A stretch of DNA of 64,000 bases from Planctomycetota bacterium (GTDB lineage Bacteria; Planctomycetota; Phycisphaerae; WQYP01), in assembly GCA_021851715.1 (NCBI GenBank), contig JAJZCR010000001.1, positions 7,517 to 71,516 of the forward strand, written 5' to 3'. Each line of letters starts with the position of its first letter. Within the stretch, counting starts at the first letter, position 1. The position numbers and the translations under genes are program-made. Below the pieces are notes generated by a model. That model worked only from the letters and a program-made list of their open reading frames with translations. It did not search any database and was not told the DNA's origin. Of the stretch, positions 18,735 through 27,581 are shown in pieces.

Positions 18735-20369
18735 ATGAGCCATGACGCCATGTGCAATCTTATATTCTTTTCCCTGGCGCACCGAGTTCTACCGGGACCG
18801 GCGGCTTTGACCATTCAGATTGAAGCCATCAGTGTGCTGGTGGGGCTGGTCGTGGGGGGGCTCATCGCCGGGGCGGTGATCAAGGTTTTGGGTAAATCGA
18901 CCCGAAATCGGCAGAAAACGCAGGCGGATGACGTGCTGGCCGATGCCGGGCGAAAGGCCGTGGATATTCTGCGGCAAGCGGAAATGTCCGCCCGCGATCA
19001 AGCCCTGAAAATAAAGGAACTGGCGGAAAAGGAGCTGGACGCGTTGCGGGAGGAATTGCGCACGCTGGAACAGCGCCTGATCAAGCGAGAAGACATGCTG
19101 GACCGCAAACTGGATACCCTGACCAGCAAAGAAAAAAATCTCGAGGCCATGGAACGTTCGCTCACCGACCGTACCCGCAATGTGCAGGCCAAAGAACAGC
19201 AACTGGATCAGTCGCTGGATCGACAGAAGGAACTGCTCATTCAGATCACCAACTTGAGCATGGAGGAAGCCCGCCAGCTCCTGCTGGCCCGTGTGGAAGC
19301 CGAGGTGCGGCGCGATATGGCCACCATGGTGGATAAAATAGAGGAGCAGGCCCGTGAAGAGGCCAAGCAACGCTCCACCAATATCATGCTTCAGGCCATG
19401 CAGCGGTACGCCGCCGAGGTGACCAGTGAAGGTACCACCAAGGCGGTGGCCATTCCCAGTGATGATATGAAAGGCCGCATCATCGGTCGCGAGGGCCGTA
19501 ACATTCGGGCGTTTGAACAAGCGACTGGTGTGGATGTCATCATTGATGACACCCCCGGTGTGATTACCGTGAATTGTTTTGATCCGATCCGGCGCGAAGT
19601 GGCCCGGCTGACCATGGAGAAACTGATCGCCGACGGCCGCATTCATCCGGCACGGATCGAAGAGATCGTGAAACTTACAGAAAAGGAAATGGAAAACAAC
19701 ATTCGGCAGATCGGCAAAAAGGCGACGCTGGAAGCCAATATCGGCGGGCTGAATCCACGGATTTCCGAAATGCTCGGACGGCTGCACTATCGCACCAGCT
19801 ATGGGCAGAATGTACTTAGGCACTCCATGGAAGTGGCCTTTTTATCGCAGATGATTGCCGATGAACTGCGCCTCGACTCCGCGTTGGCCCGGCGGGCCGG
19901 ACTCTTGCATGACATCGGCAAGGCCATGGACCATGATCAGGAGGGCGGTCACCCGGCCCTGGGTATGGAATTCTGCCGGAAATTCAACGAGCCGGAGGCC
20001 GTGCTTAACGCCATCGGTGGGCACCACAACGACATCCCCGCCACCTCGCCGTATACCCCCATTGTCATGGCCGCTGATGCCATCAGCGGCGCGCGGCCCG
20101 GAGCCAGGCGCGAAAGCCTGGAACGCTACATCAAGCGGTTGCAGGAACTGGAAGCCATCGCCACAAGTTTTCCCGGGGTGCGGCAGGCCTTTGCCATTCA
20201 AGCCGGGCGCGAGGTGCGTGTCATCGTGGATCCGGAGCGTTGTGATGACGCCACCGCCAGATTGATTGCCCGTGAAGTGGCCAAACGCATTCAAAATGAA
20301 ATGACCTTTCCAGGCGAAATAAGGGTCACAGTGCTGCGTGAGGTGCGGGCCGTCGAGCTGGCTCGATGA
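18735..20369 (+). CDS. rny: Ribonuclease Y
   Basis: N-terminal TM and coiled coil, KH domain (MKGRIIGREGRNIR), HD domain (LLHDIGK), QAGREVRV; GAGG RBS. Confidence 0.97.
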   Translation: MSHDAMCNLIFFSLAHRVLPGPAALTIQIEAISVLVGLVVGGLIAGAVIKVLGKSTRNRQKTQADDVLADAGRKAVDILRQAEMSARDQALKIKELAEKELDALREELRTLEQRLIKREDMLDRKLDTLTSKEKNLEAMERSLTDRTRNVQAKEQQLDQSLDRQKELLIQITNLSMEEARQLLLARVEAEVRRDMATMVDKIEEQAREEAKQRSTNIMLQAMQRYAAEVTSEGTTKAVAIPSDDMKGRIIGREGRNIRAFEQATGVDVIIDDTPGVITVNCFDPIRREVARLTMEKLIADGRIHPARIEEIVKLTEKEMENNIRQIGKKATLEANIGGLNPRISEMLGRLHYRTSYGQNVLRHSMEVAFLSQMIADELRLDSALARRAGLLHDIGKAMDHDQEGGHPALGMEFCRKFNEPEAVLNAIGGHHNDIPATSPYTPIVMAADAISGARPGARRESLERYIKRLQELEAIATSFPGVRQAFAIQAGREVRVIVDPERCDDATARLIAREVAKRIQNEMTFPGEIRVTVLREVRAVELAR

Positions 20370-20436
20370 CACGGGGCCACCGATGCTGCCGCCGGCGGAC
20401 TGGCCTTGCCACACTGCTTCCCGCTATGCTTATGGT

Positions 20437-20991
20437 ATGAAAGACGATGATGCACAGCCCAGAGCCGCGCCGCGTGATGCTCCGGAATCGCCGGTGGTTG
20501 CGCCCCGGCCGCTCACCTGGCGGATCTTGCTGCTGCCGGCAGCGTTTTTGATATTAGCTGCGGGCGTGGCCCAGTGGAACAGCATTGCCTGGGAAATTTC
20601 CGGCTTGCTGGGCCATCCGCGCCCGCGCGATACCATTGCCTGGCGCAGCGATTTTGCCGGGGCCCGACTGGCCGCGGGGCGGTTGCATCAACCGCTGCTG
20701 GTCGATTTCTGGGCTTCGTGGTGCTATCCATGCCGGGTGATGAAGCGGCGGGTATGGTCGAGCCGGGTGGTGCATCAACTGGTGGAAAAATCTTTTATTC
20801 CGGTGGCCGTGGATATGGATACACCCGCCGGCAAAGAGTTGGCGCTACGCTATGGGGTGCGGACCATTCCAGCTATTTTGGTCATGGATTCCGCGGGGCA
20901 GGTGCGAGATGTATCCACGACCATGGACAAAAATCAGACCCTGCATTTTTTGCGTACCAGTCTTCGTCGGTTTGCGCAAGCCAGTCCTTGA
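20437..20991 (+). CDS. Membrane-anchored thioredoxin-family protein
   Basis: TM helix, then LLVDFWASWCYPC. Confidence 0.85.
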   Translation: MKDDDAQPRAAPRDAPESPVVAPRPLTWRILLLPAAFLILAAGVAQWNSIAWEISGLLGHPRPRDTIAWRSDFAGARLAAGRLHQPLLVDFWASWCYPCRVMKRRVWSSRVVHQLVEKSFIPVAVDMDTPAGKELALRYGVRTIPAILVMDSAGQVRDVSTTMDKNQTLHFLRTSLRRFAQASP

Positions 20992-21017
20992 GGCCGCCAT
21001 GGGGCGGCGCGCGCAAT

Positions 21018-21518
21018 TTAACCGACTGCGGCAATGGCAGCGGCGTAATTGGGTTCCTGCGCAATTTCCGGCACCAGTTCCGTATACTGCACCACGCCGT
21101 TGACATCCAGCACCAGGACTGCCCGGGCCAGGAGGCCGGCCAAGGGGCCATCGACGATGAACAGGCCGTAGGTTTTGCCAAATTCCGGATGGCGAAAGCC
21201 CGAAAGTACCTGAACGTTTTTAATACCCTCGGCTACGCAGAAGCGTTTGGACGCAAAGGGCAAATCCTGCGAAATGCACAGCACTGCAGCGTTTGGCAAT
21301 TTGGCCGCCTCTTCATTGAACTTGCGTACCGACATCGCACAAACTGATGTATCTAGACTTGGAAATACATTAAGAATCACTGCCTTGCCGGCGAAACTCT
21401 TCAGATGCACGGCGGACAGATCCTGGCGGGTCAGGGTGAAGTTCGGGGCGGTGGTTCGCACTGCGGGCAACTCACCCACGGTGTGCCACACCTCGCCTTT
21501 GAAAGTGACATTGGCCAT
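21018..21518 (-). CDS. tpx: Thiol peroxidase (atypical 2-Cys peroxiredoxin)
   Basis: NVFPSLDTSVCAMSVRKFN, SQDLPFASKRFC, GLLARAV, EPNY. Confidence 0.95.
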   Translation of the reverse strand: MANVTFKGEVWHTVGELPAVRTTAPNFTLTRQDLSAVHLKSFAGKAVILNVFPSLDTSVCAMSVRKFNEEAAKLPNAAVLCISQDLPFASKRFCVAEGIKNVQVLSGFRHPEFGKTYGLFIVDGPLAGLLARAVLVLDVNGVVQYTELVPEIAQEPNYAAAIAAVG

Positions 21519-21836
21519 GAAGATTCTCCTTTCTTGTCAAGCACGCATGACTACATTCACCGCGGAGTCCGACTTTGATACAACGCTTCGCTTCTCACCG
21601 ACCGGTCTACCGTAGTTTGCCCGCGGGCACCAAAGGTTACCGGGCAGGGCAATCGCCGCCTGTGTTACCCCTGTCCGTACCCGTATATTGTGCCCGAGAA
21701 TTTATCCAATTGCCAGCACCAGCCATGGCCGCGCCCCATCCCCGGACCTGCGGCTGCGAATTTGTTTTATGCAGGGCGAACCGATACCATTTCAGAAGCG
21801 GCTTGCCGATGGCCGTGATGCACAACGGGAGTATCT

Positions 21837-23267
21837 ATGACCATCGTGAATCGCGGTTCTTCGACCAGTCCGGAACAACTGACCACCTCGCGTAAAGCCC
21901 TGGAAATAAATCTGGATCGGCGTCGCTATGGCACCTTTGCGGAAATCGGTGCCGGGCAGGAAGTGGTACGCTGGTTTTTTCTGGCGGGCGGGGCCTCCGG
22001 CACCATCGCCAAAAGCATGAGTGCGTATGACATGTCGGTGAGCGACGCCATTTATGGCAAATCGGAACGGTATGTCAGCCGGGCCAGACTCCAGAGCATG
22101 CTCGATTACGAACATGCATTGAATTTAAGCCGCCTCAACGACCTCCGTGGCGACACCACCTCGTTTTTTGTTTTTGCAGATACGGTGGCCGTCCGCGGAT
22201 TCAATTCCAACCGCGAGGGCCATGGCTGGATGGGGGTGAAATTTCAGGCTCATCCGCGGGATCAGGACAGCCAGATTATTCTGCACGTGCGCACGCTGGA
22301 TAAGGAAATAAGCCAGCAGCAGGAAGCCCTGGGCATAGTCGGGGTCAACCTGCTTTACGGGGCATTTTTCTATCATCACGAACCGGAGATGCTGCTGCGC
22401 TCTTTGCTCGACGGGCTGTCATCGAGCAGGGTGGAAATCGATATGATTGAATTTTCCGGTATCGAATTCCGCAGCGTGGATAATCGCATCATGAGTTTGC
22501 GCCTGGTCGAGACCGGCTTAAGTGATGCGGCCATGTTCGGCCCCGCCGGTGAAGTGCTCCAGCCATCGGAGGTGCTGCATAATCATCCCATTCTGGTAGA
22601 GCGGGGCAGTTTTCGTCCGGTTACTCATGTCAACATCGATATGATCAACAGTGCACGCGAGCAGTTCATCAACGACATGGGTCCTGGTGCCGAAAAACCC
22701 GTGGAACTCATGGAAATCACCATGCGGAATCTGATGGTGGCGGGCGATATTGATCTGCGGGATTTTCTGGCCCGGGTGGAAACCCTTGCGGCCTGCGGCA
22801 AAACCGTTCTTATTTCCGACTATTTTGAATTTTACCGGCTCACGGCGTTCGTAGCCCGATATACCAAAAAGCCTGTCGGCATCGCCATGGGGGCATCGAG
22901 TCTGATGGATCTCTTTGAGGAAAAATACTACCAGGATCTGGAAGGTGGAATTTTGGAATCGTTCGGCCGGCTCTTCAAAAATGAGCACCGCCTGTACATC
23001 TATCCCTTGCGCGATCCTGCCACCGGAGCCCTGGTTCGCGTGGAAAACTTCACCGTCAAGTCGGATCTGGCCAAACTTTACGGTTACCTGGTGGATCGCG
23101 GCTTTATTCGACAACTCGCCAAGTATAATGAAGACTACCTGCCCATATTTTCCCGGGATGTGCTGATAAAAATCAAGGCTGGGGACGATTTATGGCAAAC
23201 GATGGTACCGCAAGTGGTGGCGGAGATTATCAAAAAACGCGGCCTTTTCGGTTATCACGCCCGATAG
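21837..23267 (+). CDS. Conserved protein with a C-terminal nucleotidyltransferase-like (NMN adenylyltransferase-like) domain
   Basis: YGTFAEIGAGQEVVRWFF, IAKSMSAYDM, ERGSFRPVTHVN (HIGH-like), C-terminal VAEIIKKRGLFGY. Confidence 0.7.
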   Translation: MTIVNRGSSTSPEQLTTSRKALEINLDRRRYGTFAEIGAGQEVVRWFFLAGGASGTIAKSMSAYDMSVSDAIYGKSERYVSRARLQSMLDYEHALNLSRLNDLRGDTTSFFVFADTVAVRGFNSNREGHGWMGVKFQAHPRDQDSQIILHVRTLDKEISQQQEALGIVGVNLLYGAFFYHHEPEMLLRSLLDGLSSSRVEIDMIEFSGIEFRSVDNRIMSLRLVETGLSDAAMFGPAGEVLQPSEVLHNHPILVERGSFRPVTHVNIDMINSAREQFINDMGPGAEKPVELMEITMRNLMVAGDIDLRDFLARVETLAACGKTVLISDYFEFYRLTAFVARYTKKPVGIAMGASSLMDLFEEKYYQDLEGGILESFGRLFKNEHRLYIYPLRDPATGALVRVENFTVKSDLAKLYGYLVDRGFIRQLAKYNEDYLPIFSRDVLIKIKAGDDLWQTMVPQVVAEIIKKRGLFGYHAR

Positions 23268-23285
23268 ACTCGGCGTTCTGCCGGG

Positions 23286-24854
23286 CTACACGCGAAGGCG
23301 CTGCCAACGGCCGTGGCGATAGGCCAGATAGTTAAAGACCGCGCGGTAGTTCAAATCCACGACTACGGCAATCCAGACGGCGGTAAGATTTGTGGCCGGC
23401 GTATGGTGCTGCCACAGGACCAGCAGCAACAGCGCCAGGATTCCCAGACGTACCAGCAAGACGCCGGTGATGGTGGAAATCATCGGCAATACCGTTTCGC
23501 CTGCGCCTTTCAGCGCTCCGGAAAACACAATCGCCAGCGCAAAGCCGGGTTGCGCCAGACCGGCCAGAATCATCGGCCAGAAGCCCACCTGGATCACCGG
23601 CGGAGAATGAACGATCAGGTCCAGCATGAATTGCGGGCAAAAGACCATTGGCAGAGCCAGCAGAGTCATGGTAACTAATGCCAGCCACGCGGCAATGTGG
23701 CCCGCCCGCCGCGCTTCCTCCGGTTTTTGGGCTCCCAGATATTGACCCACCAGCGTGGATGCGGCGATGCCAAAACCGAATCCCGGCAAAAAAGATATCG
23801 ACTCGATGCGCAATACTGATACGTGTGCGGCCAGGGTATAACCGTGCGGATCGGTGCGGGTATTGATGACAAACACCACAATCAGGAACTGCCCGGCCCA
23901 CAGCAAAACACCTTCCACCCAACTGGGCATGCCGATTTTCAGCACCCGCCGGAGAACATGGGGAACCACGCGTAGATGGCGCATTTGCAGGTGCAATTGG
24001 CGTCGGCCGGTAAATAAAATAATGCTCGTGCATACCCCGCCGGTCAGATACGCCAGCAGCGTGCCAAACGCATCTCCGGGCAGGCCCCAGGCCGGTGCGC
24101 CCATCCAGCCGTAGGTAAACGCTGTGGAAGCCACGCCATTGATCAACATGACCATGAACATGATGCGCATGGGGTTGACGGTATCGCCGGCGCCGCGGAT
24201 CGCCGCCATGCCGATCTGCGACGCGGTTTGCAGACTGATGGTGATGAGCATGATCCGCAGATATTGCTGGGCGAAAACCGCGGCTTGACCGGTAAGGCCG
24301 CAGATGACAATGACCTGGTGGGCAAACACAAACAGGCCCGTGGCGGTGAGCACTCCCACCAGAAAAGCCGCCGACACGCATGTGCCGGCCACGCGATTGG
24401 CTACACGTGTGCGGTTGGCGCCAATGGATCGGGCCACGATGGCCGTAGCCCCCACGCCCAGGGCGGCGGTCATCAGACCGGCAAACCATTGCAGATAGGT
24501 CATCAGGCCGACGGCGGCGGTGGCGGAGGCGATGGTGTTGGCCGTGCCGCGTATGTGGCCCGCAATGACCGTATCGGTAAGTCCGATGATGGCGTTGAGA
24601 ACTTGTTCTCCAATGGCCGGCATGGCGAGGCGCAAAACGGTTCGTGTTGAAACCGGTTGCAGCGTCAGGCTGGAAGGCCGACGATGGTGCGGATCGGTTA
24701 CGGGCTGGGTAGGCTGGGCCAGGGCCGCCGCCTGGCCTTCTTCCCATTCGGGATAATCGGTGGTTTGTGATGATTCTGAAGCCAAATAAATTCCTTCCGC
24801 ATGGGCGTAGTCGCCCCCCGCCCGCGCGATGCCACCGTGCCAGATTGTATCCAC
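23286..24854 (-). CDS. MATE family efflux transporter
   Basis: LAMPAIGEQ, RGAGDT, LKIGMPS, LVGQYLGA, GALKGAGET; about 12 TM. Confidence 0.93.
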   Translation of the reverse strand: MDTIWHGGIARAGGDYAHAEGIYLASESSQTTDYPEWEEGQAAALAQPTQPVTDPHHRRPSSLTLQPVSTRTVLRLAMPAIGEQVLNAIIGLTDTVIAGHIRGTANTIASATAAVGLMTYLQWFAGLMTAALGVGATAIVARSIGANRTRVANRVAGTCVSAAFLVGVLTATGLFVFAHQVIVICGLTGQAAVFAQQYLRIMLITISLQTASQIGMAAIRGAGDTVNPMRIMFMVMLINGVASTAFTYGWMGAPAWGLPGDAFGTLLAYLTGGVCTSIILFTGRRQLHLQMRHLRVVPHVLRRVLKIGMPSWVEGVLLWAGQFLIVVFVINTRTDPHGYTLAAHVSVLRIESISFLPGFGFGIAASTLVGQYLGAQKPEEARRAGHIAAWLALVTMTLLALPMVFCPQFMLDLIVHSPPVIQVGFWPMILAGLAQPGFALAIVFSGALKGAGETVLPMISTITGVLLVRLGILALLLLVLWQHHTPATNLTAVWIAVVVDLNYRAVFNYLAYRHGRWQRLRV

Positions 24855-25036
24855 ACAAGCCCCAAGCTGCCCTGGATGGAAAAAAGGGGGCTGGGCAAAG
24901 GGTGTCAGGCCGCTTCAATCGGACACGGCAATGAAAAAGATGACCATGATGGCCGGAACACACGCACAACGTAAATTTGCAGTCCATCACGTTTGCCATG
25001 TGTTGGAGGGAAGCAAGGGCTGCAAGGATCGGGTGG

Positions 25037-25085
25037 CAACAAAAGATCCTCCGGCCGGTTTGTTCTCGGCTGGAGGATTTTGTTG
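25037..25085. terminator. Intrinsic terminator-like hairpin
   Basis: CAACAAAAGATCCTCCGGCCG ... CGGCTGGAGGATTTTGTTG inverted repeat just after the pseudogene stop. Confidence 0.6.
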
Positions 25086-25103
25086 GTGGTCAATGAAGTG
25101 AGG

Positions 25104-25410
25104 TCAGGCTGACTGCCGACGGCGGATCAGCAGGGTCCAACCGCCCACGGCCAGCATGGCCAGCGTTGCCGGTTCAGGGACCACACTGGCGGAGTTATAA
25201 ATTTGCCGGATGTCGCGGCTGGAAAGCTGCGTGTTGAAAACCGCAACCTCGTCGATGCCGCCGTCAAACCAACGGCCAGGAAATACAGTACTCTCCCCGA
25301 TGTTGAGGCGGCGTTATTCAAGGAATGCGGCCCTGGTGTATTTGAGGCCACCAGGGATCCATTTATATACAGATCGCGGGAGCTGTTGGCCGTAAAGGTG
25401 GCCGCCGCCA
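25104..25410 (-). pseudogene. LamG/ConA-like domain + PEP-CTERM protein, 5'-truncated and frameshifted
   Basis: ATFTANSSRDLYINGSLVAS...[frameshift]NIGESTVFPGRWFDGGIDEVAVFNTQLSSRDIRQIYNSASVVPEPATLAMLAVGGWTLLIRRRQSA*. Confidence 0.8.
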
Positions 25411-25518
25411 CCGCGCGTCGGAATTCCAGCGCATAGACCATGACTATCGACCACCTTGTCAAAAAGCCATCTTCGCATAATTCTCTATGATCGCCAGGAA
25501 CGAATGAAAAAGGCTCTA
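25400..25518 (-). mobile_element. IS630-like left-end remnant
   Basis: Begins TAGAGCC..., then ATG 25441 MVYALEFRRAVAAA, resembling IS630 transposase N-termini (MAYSxEFRxxV). Confidence 0.55.
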
Positions 25519-25628
25519 GCTTCCATTGGGACCGAGGCTACGACGCAGGTTTTCCACTTCCCTTGTTGGGCATAGGTGGGCAAAAGCTCCAGGTCAACTT
25601 CAACGGCCGGCAAAATCATGCTTTCCGA

Positions 25629-26780
25629 TTACTCGGCAGCAGGCACAAGTCGAGGTGAGGCAACGGCTGCGGCACTTGGGAATGCGGCCACGGTGATCTC
25701 TTCTTCAAAACGGGCGGGCACGCGATGCATGGAGGCCGGTGTGACCCCCTGCCGTTGTTGATCAATACATTCAAAACAGGCCTGCAGCCATTCGCGGATG
25801 TCAAAGCCGAGGCGTTTGGTGGACAATGCGCCGGATTTGGGCCAGGGAAAATTACAATGGGCTACAATTTTGACTTCCTCCGGCGTGGGCACACCGGCAT
25901 TGAGCAGACCGGCGGTGGCAGGCTCCACCAGATTATCGTCGGCGATAATCAGGGCATCCGGGCGATGGCTGTTGCCCGAATAAAAGAGCAGTTCCACTGC
26001 GGAAATAGCGCACTGGGGATAGATAACATCGACGGCTTGAACCCAGTGCGAACCGCTGTTGACGCCGCGTCGAGCTAATTCGCTCAACCAGTACAGGCGT
26101 TCCGCGGGCTGCCGGAACATGCCGGAACCGTCGAGCACTGCAATTCGCCGACAGCCCTGACCGGTGAGATAATCCAGGGCACGCGTGGCAAACGATTTTT
26201 TATCGACGTTGACGGCCGGGAATCCGAAGGAGGTGTCGGCCAAAACTACACGAGGTATGTCGGGGGTGGTATAGACTGGCGTATCGAGCAGGTTCTGCAG
26301 CGGTGCCGCGAAAAGTAATCCGGCGAGGCGATGGTTGTCCAGATCACGGAGCAGTTTTTGATAGTCTTCACTATTCTGGTGTTCTCCCAGACCATAATAG
26401 AAAACCAGGCGGCGCTGGCCCTGTTGGGTTATGTTCTGAGCTTCTTTGCACAGAGCGCTCCAGTAATGGAGCCAGCCGCCTTCTTCAGAGTGGCTGTGTG
26501 GAAATACCAATCCGTACTGGTAAAGATGGGGCGGATATTTGGCCACAAAAGTACCAGCCTTGCCGCGTGCATAAATATAGCCATCACGGGTCAGCCGATC
26601 GAGAGCGCGTTGCAATGTTACGCTGCTGACCTGGAATGTTTTTTCGAGTTGGGTGCGCAGCGGCAAACGGCTCTCCGGAGCAAGCTTGCCAGACCTGATT
26701 TGCCGACGCAGCGCATCAAGAATAATGCCCTGTTTTACCAGGGGGCGCTCACGAGAAGAACCATTTTTCGCGTTGGCCAT
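25629..26780 (-). CDS. GntR-HTH / LacI-type effector-domain regulator
   Basis: LEKTFQVSSVTLQRALDRLTRDGYIYARGKAGTFV; PDALIIADDN; VAHCNFPWP. Confidence 0.9.
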   Translation of the reverse strand: MANAKNGSSRERPLVKQGIILDALRRQIRSGKLAPESRLPLRTQLEKTFQVSSVTLQRALDRLTRDGYIYARGKAGTFVAKYPPHLYQYGLVFPHSHSEEGGWLHYWSALCKEAQNITQQGQRRLVFYYGLGEHQNSEDYQKLLRDLDNHRLAGLLFAAPLQNLLDTPVYTTPDIPRVVLADTSFGFPAVNVDKKSFATRALDYLTGQGCRRIAVLDGSGMFRQPAERLYWLSELARRGVNSGSHWVQAVDVIYPQCAISAVELLFYSGNSHRPDALIIADDNLVEPATAGLLNAGVPTPEEVKIVAHCNFPWPKSGALSTKRLGFDIREWLQACFECIDQQRQGVTPASMHRVPARFEEEITVAAFPSAAAVASPRLVPAAE

Positions 26781-27455
26781 TTTCAAGAACCTTAATCTTT
26801 CTGTAATTAATGTACCATAAGAGCGACATTATGTACAACGAATAATTGGGCGGCAAAGTTGCAGCGATGGCTGGGCCGGCCTACGGCGGCGTTTGGAGCT
26901 ACACTTTGTCGGTGTGGTCGAGACATCGTGACGGTCTTCAACTCGCGCAACCCCCTCCGTTGGCGTAAAAACGGCGAATCAGCGCGAGGTGCTCAATACG
27001 GGCAAGGCTTTGTCCACCGTCGGCGCAAACCAGAGGCGAAAACTGGTCTCCAACGTCAACTGTTGCGATGCCGGAGCTTTTTGCCGTGCATGCCAATCCA
27101 AGGCACCTGCCGTCGGCCGACCGTCTGCAACATATCGTTTCATATGTAATGAATCATCGTCCGACTGATCCCGGCAATCTCCGCGACGCGTGCAGGTGTT
27201 TCATCAGGGGGTCTTATTGGCAGCAGTTCCACCGGGGAGGGGCAAAACGATCATCTCCAGTTGTCGTCCAGCACACCATCTGTAAATTCCAGATGCCACA
27301 TCCTTGCATCCTCAAGTCAGGCGTGCCATTCCCGCTGTTTTTTGGCAGTTATTCTCGGATCAATCATCTGACAAACCCAAGCCCGGATAATGCTATACGG
27401 CCACATTCTGCTGTGATTACAACGGCGAGAACTTGCATTGTGCTGGCACTGGCAA

Positions 27456-27498
27456 TAATATACATTACAGTTATCGATGTTAAAGATAATGTATAATG
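27456..27498 (+). promoter_or_regulatory. Promoter (-10 TATAAT at 27492-27497) overlapped by TAATGTACATTA-like boxes
   Basis: TAATATACATTA (27456) and TAATGTATAATG (27487); related boxes at 26808 and 26829. Confidence 0.5.
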
Positions 27499-27581
27499 TG
27501 CTACGGCCAGAAGAGGTTTGACGGCGGTATGGAATCGCCAAGCCACGTTTAGTTCGCAAATTTGTGCAAAGGGTACCGGTT

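Noticed and set aside
23332..24999. 555-aa same-strand ORF overlapping the MATE gene
   Set aside because: Arg/Gly/His-rich alternative-frame artefact of GC-rich DNA.
26859..27440. Short ORFs in the regulator-GH spacer
   Set aside because: None looks like a protein family; could be eroded DNA, but this cannot be supported.
27445..27500. Resemblance to a dif site (TAATGTATATTAT on the minus strand), with xerC about 8 kb away
   Set aside because: Only the core matches; the XerC and XerD outer arms do not. It is better explained by the four-copy operator motif.
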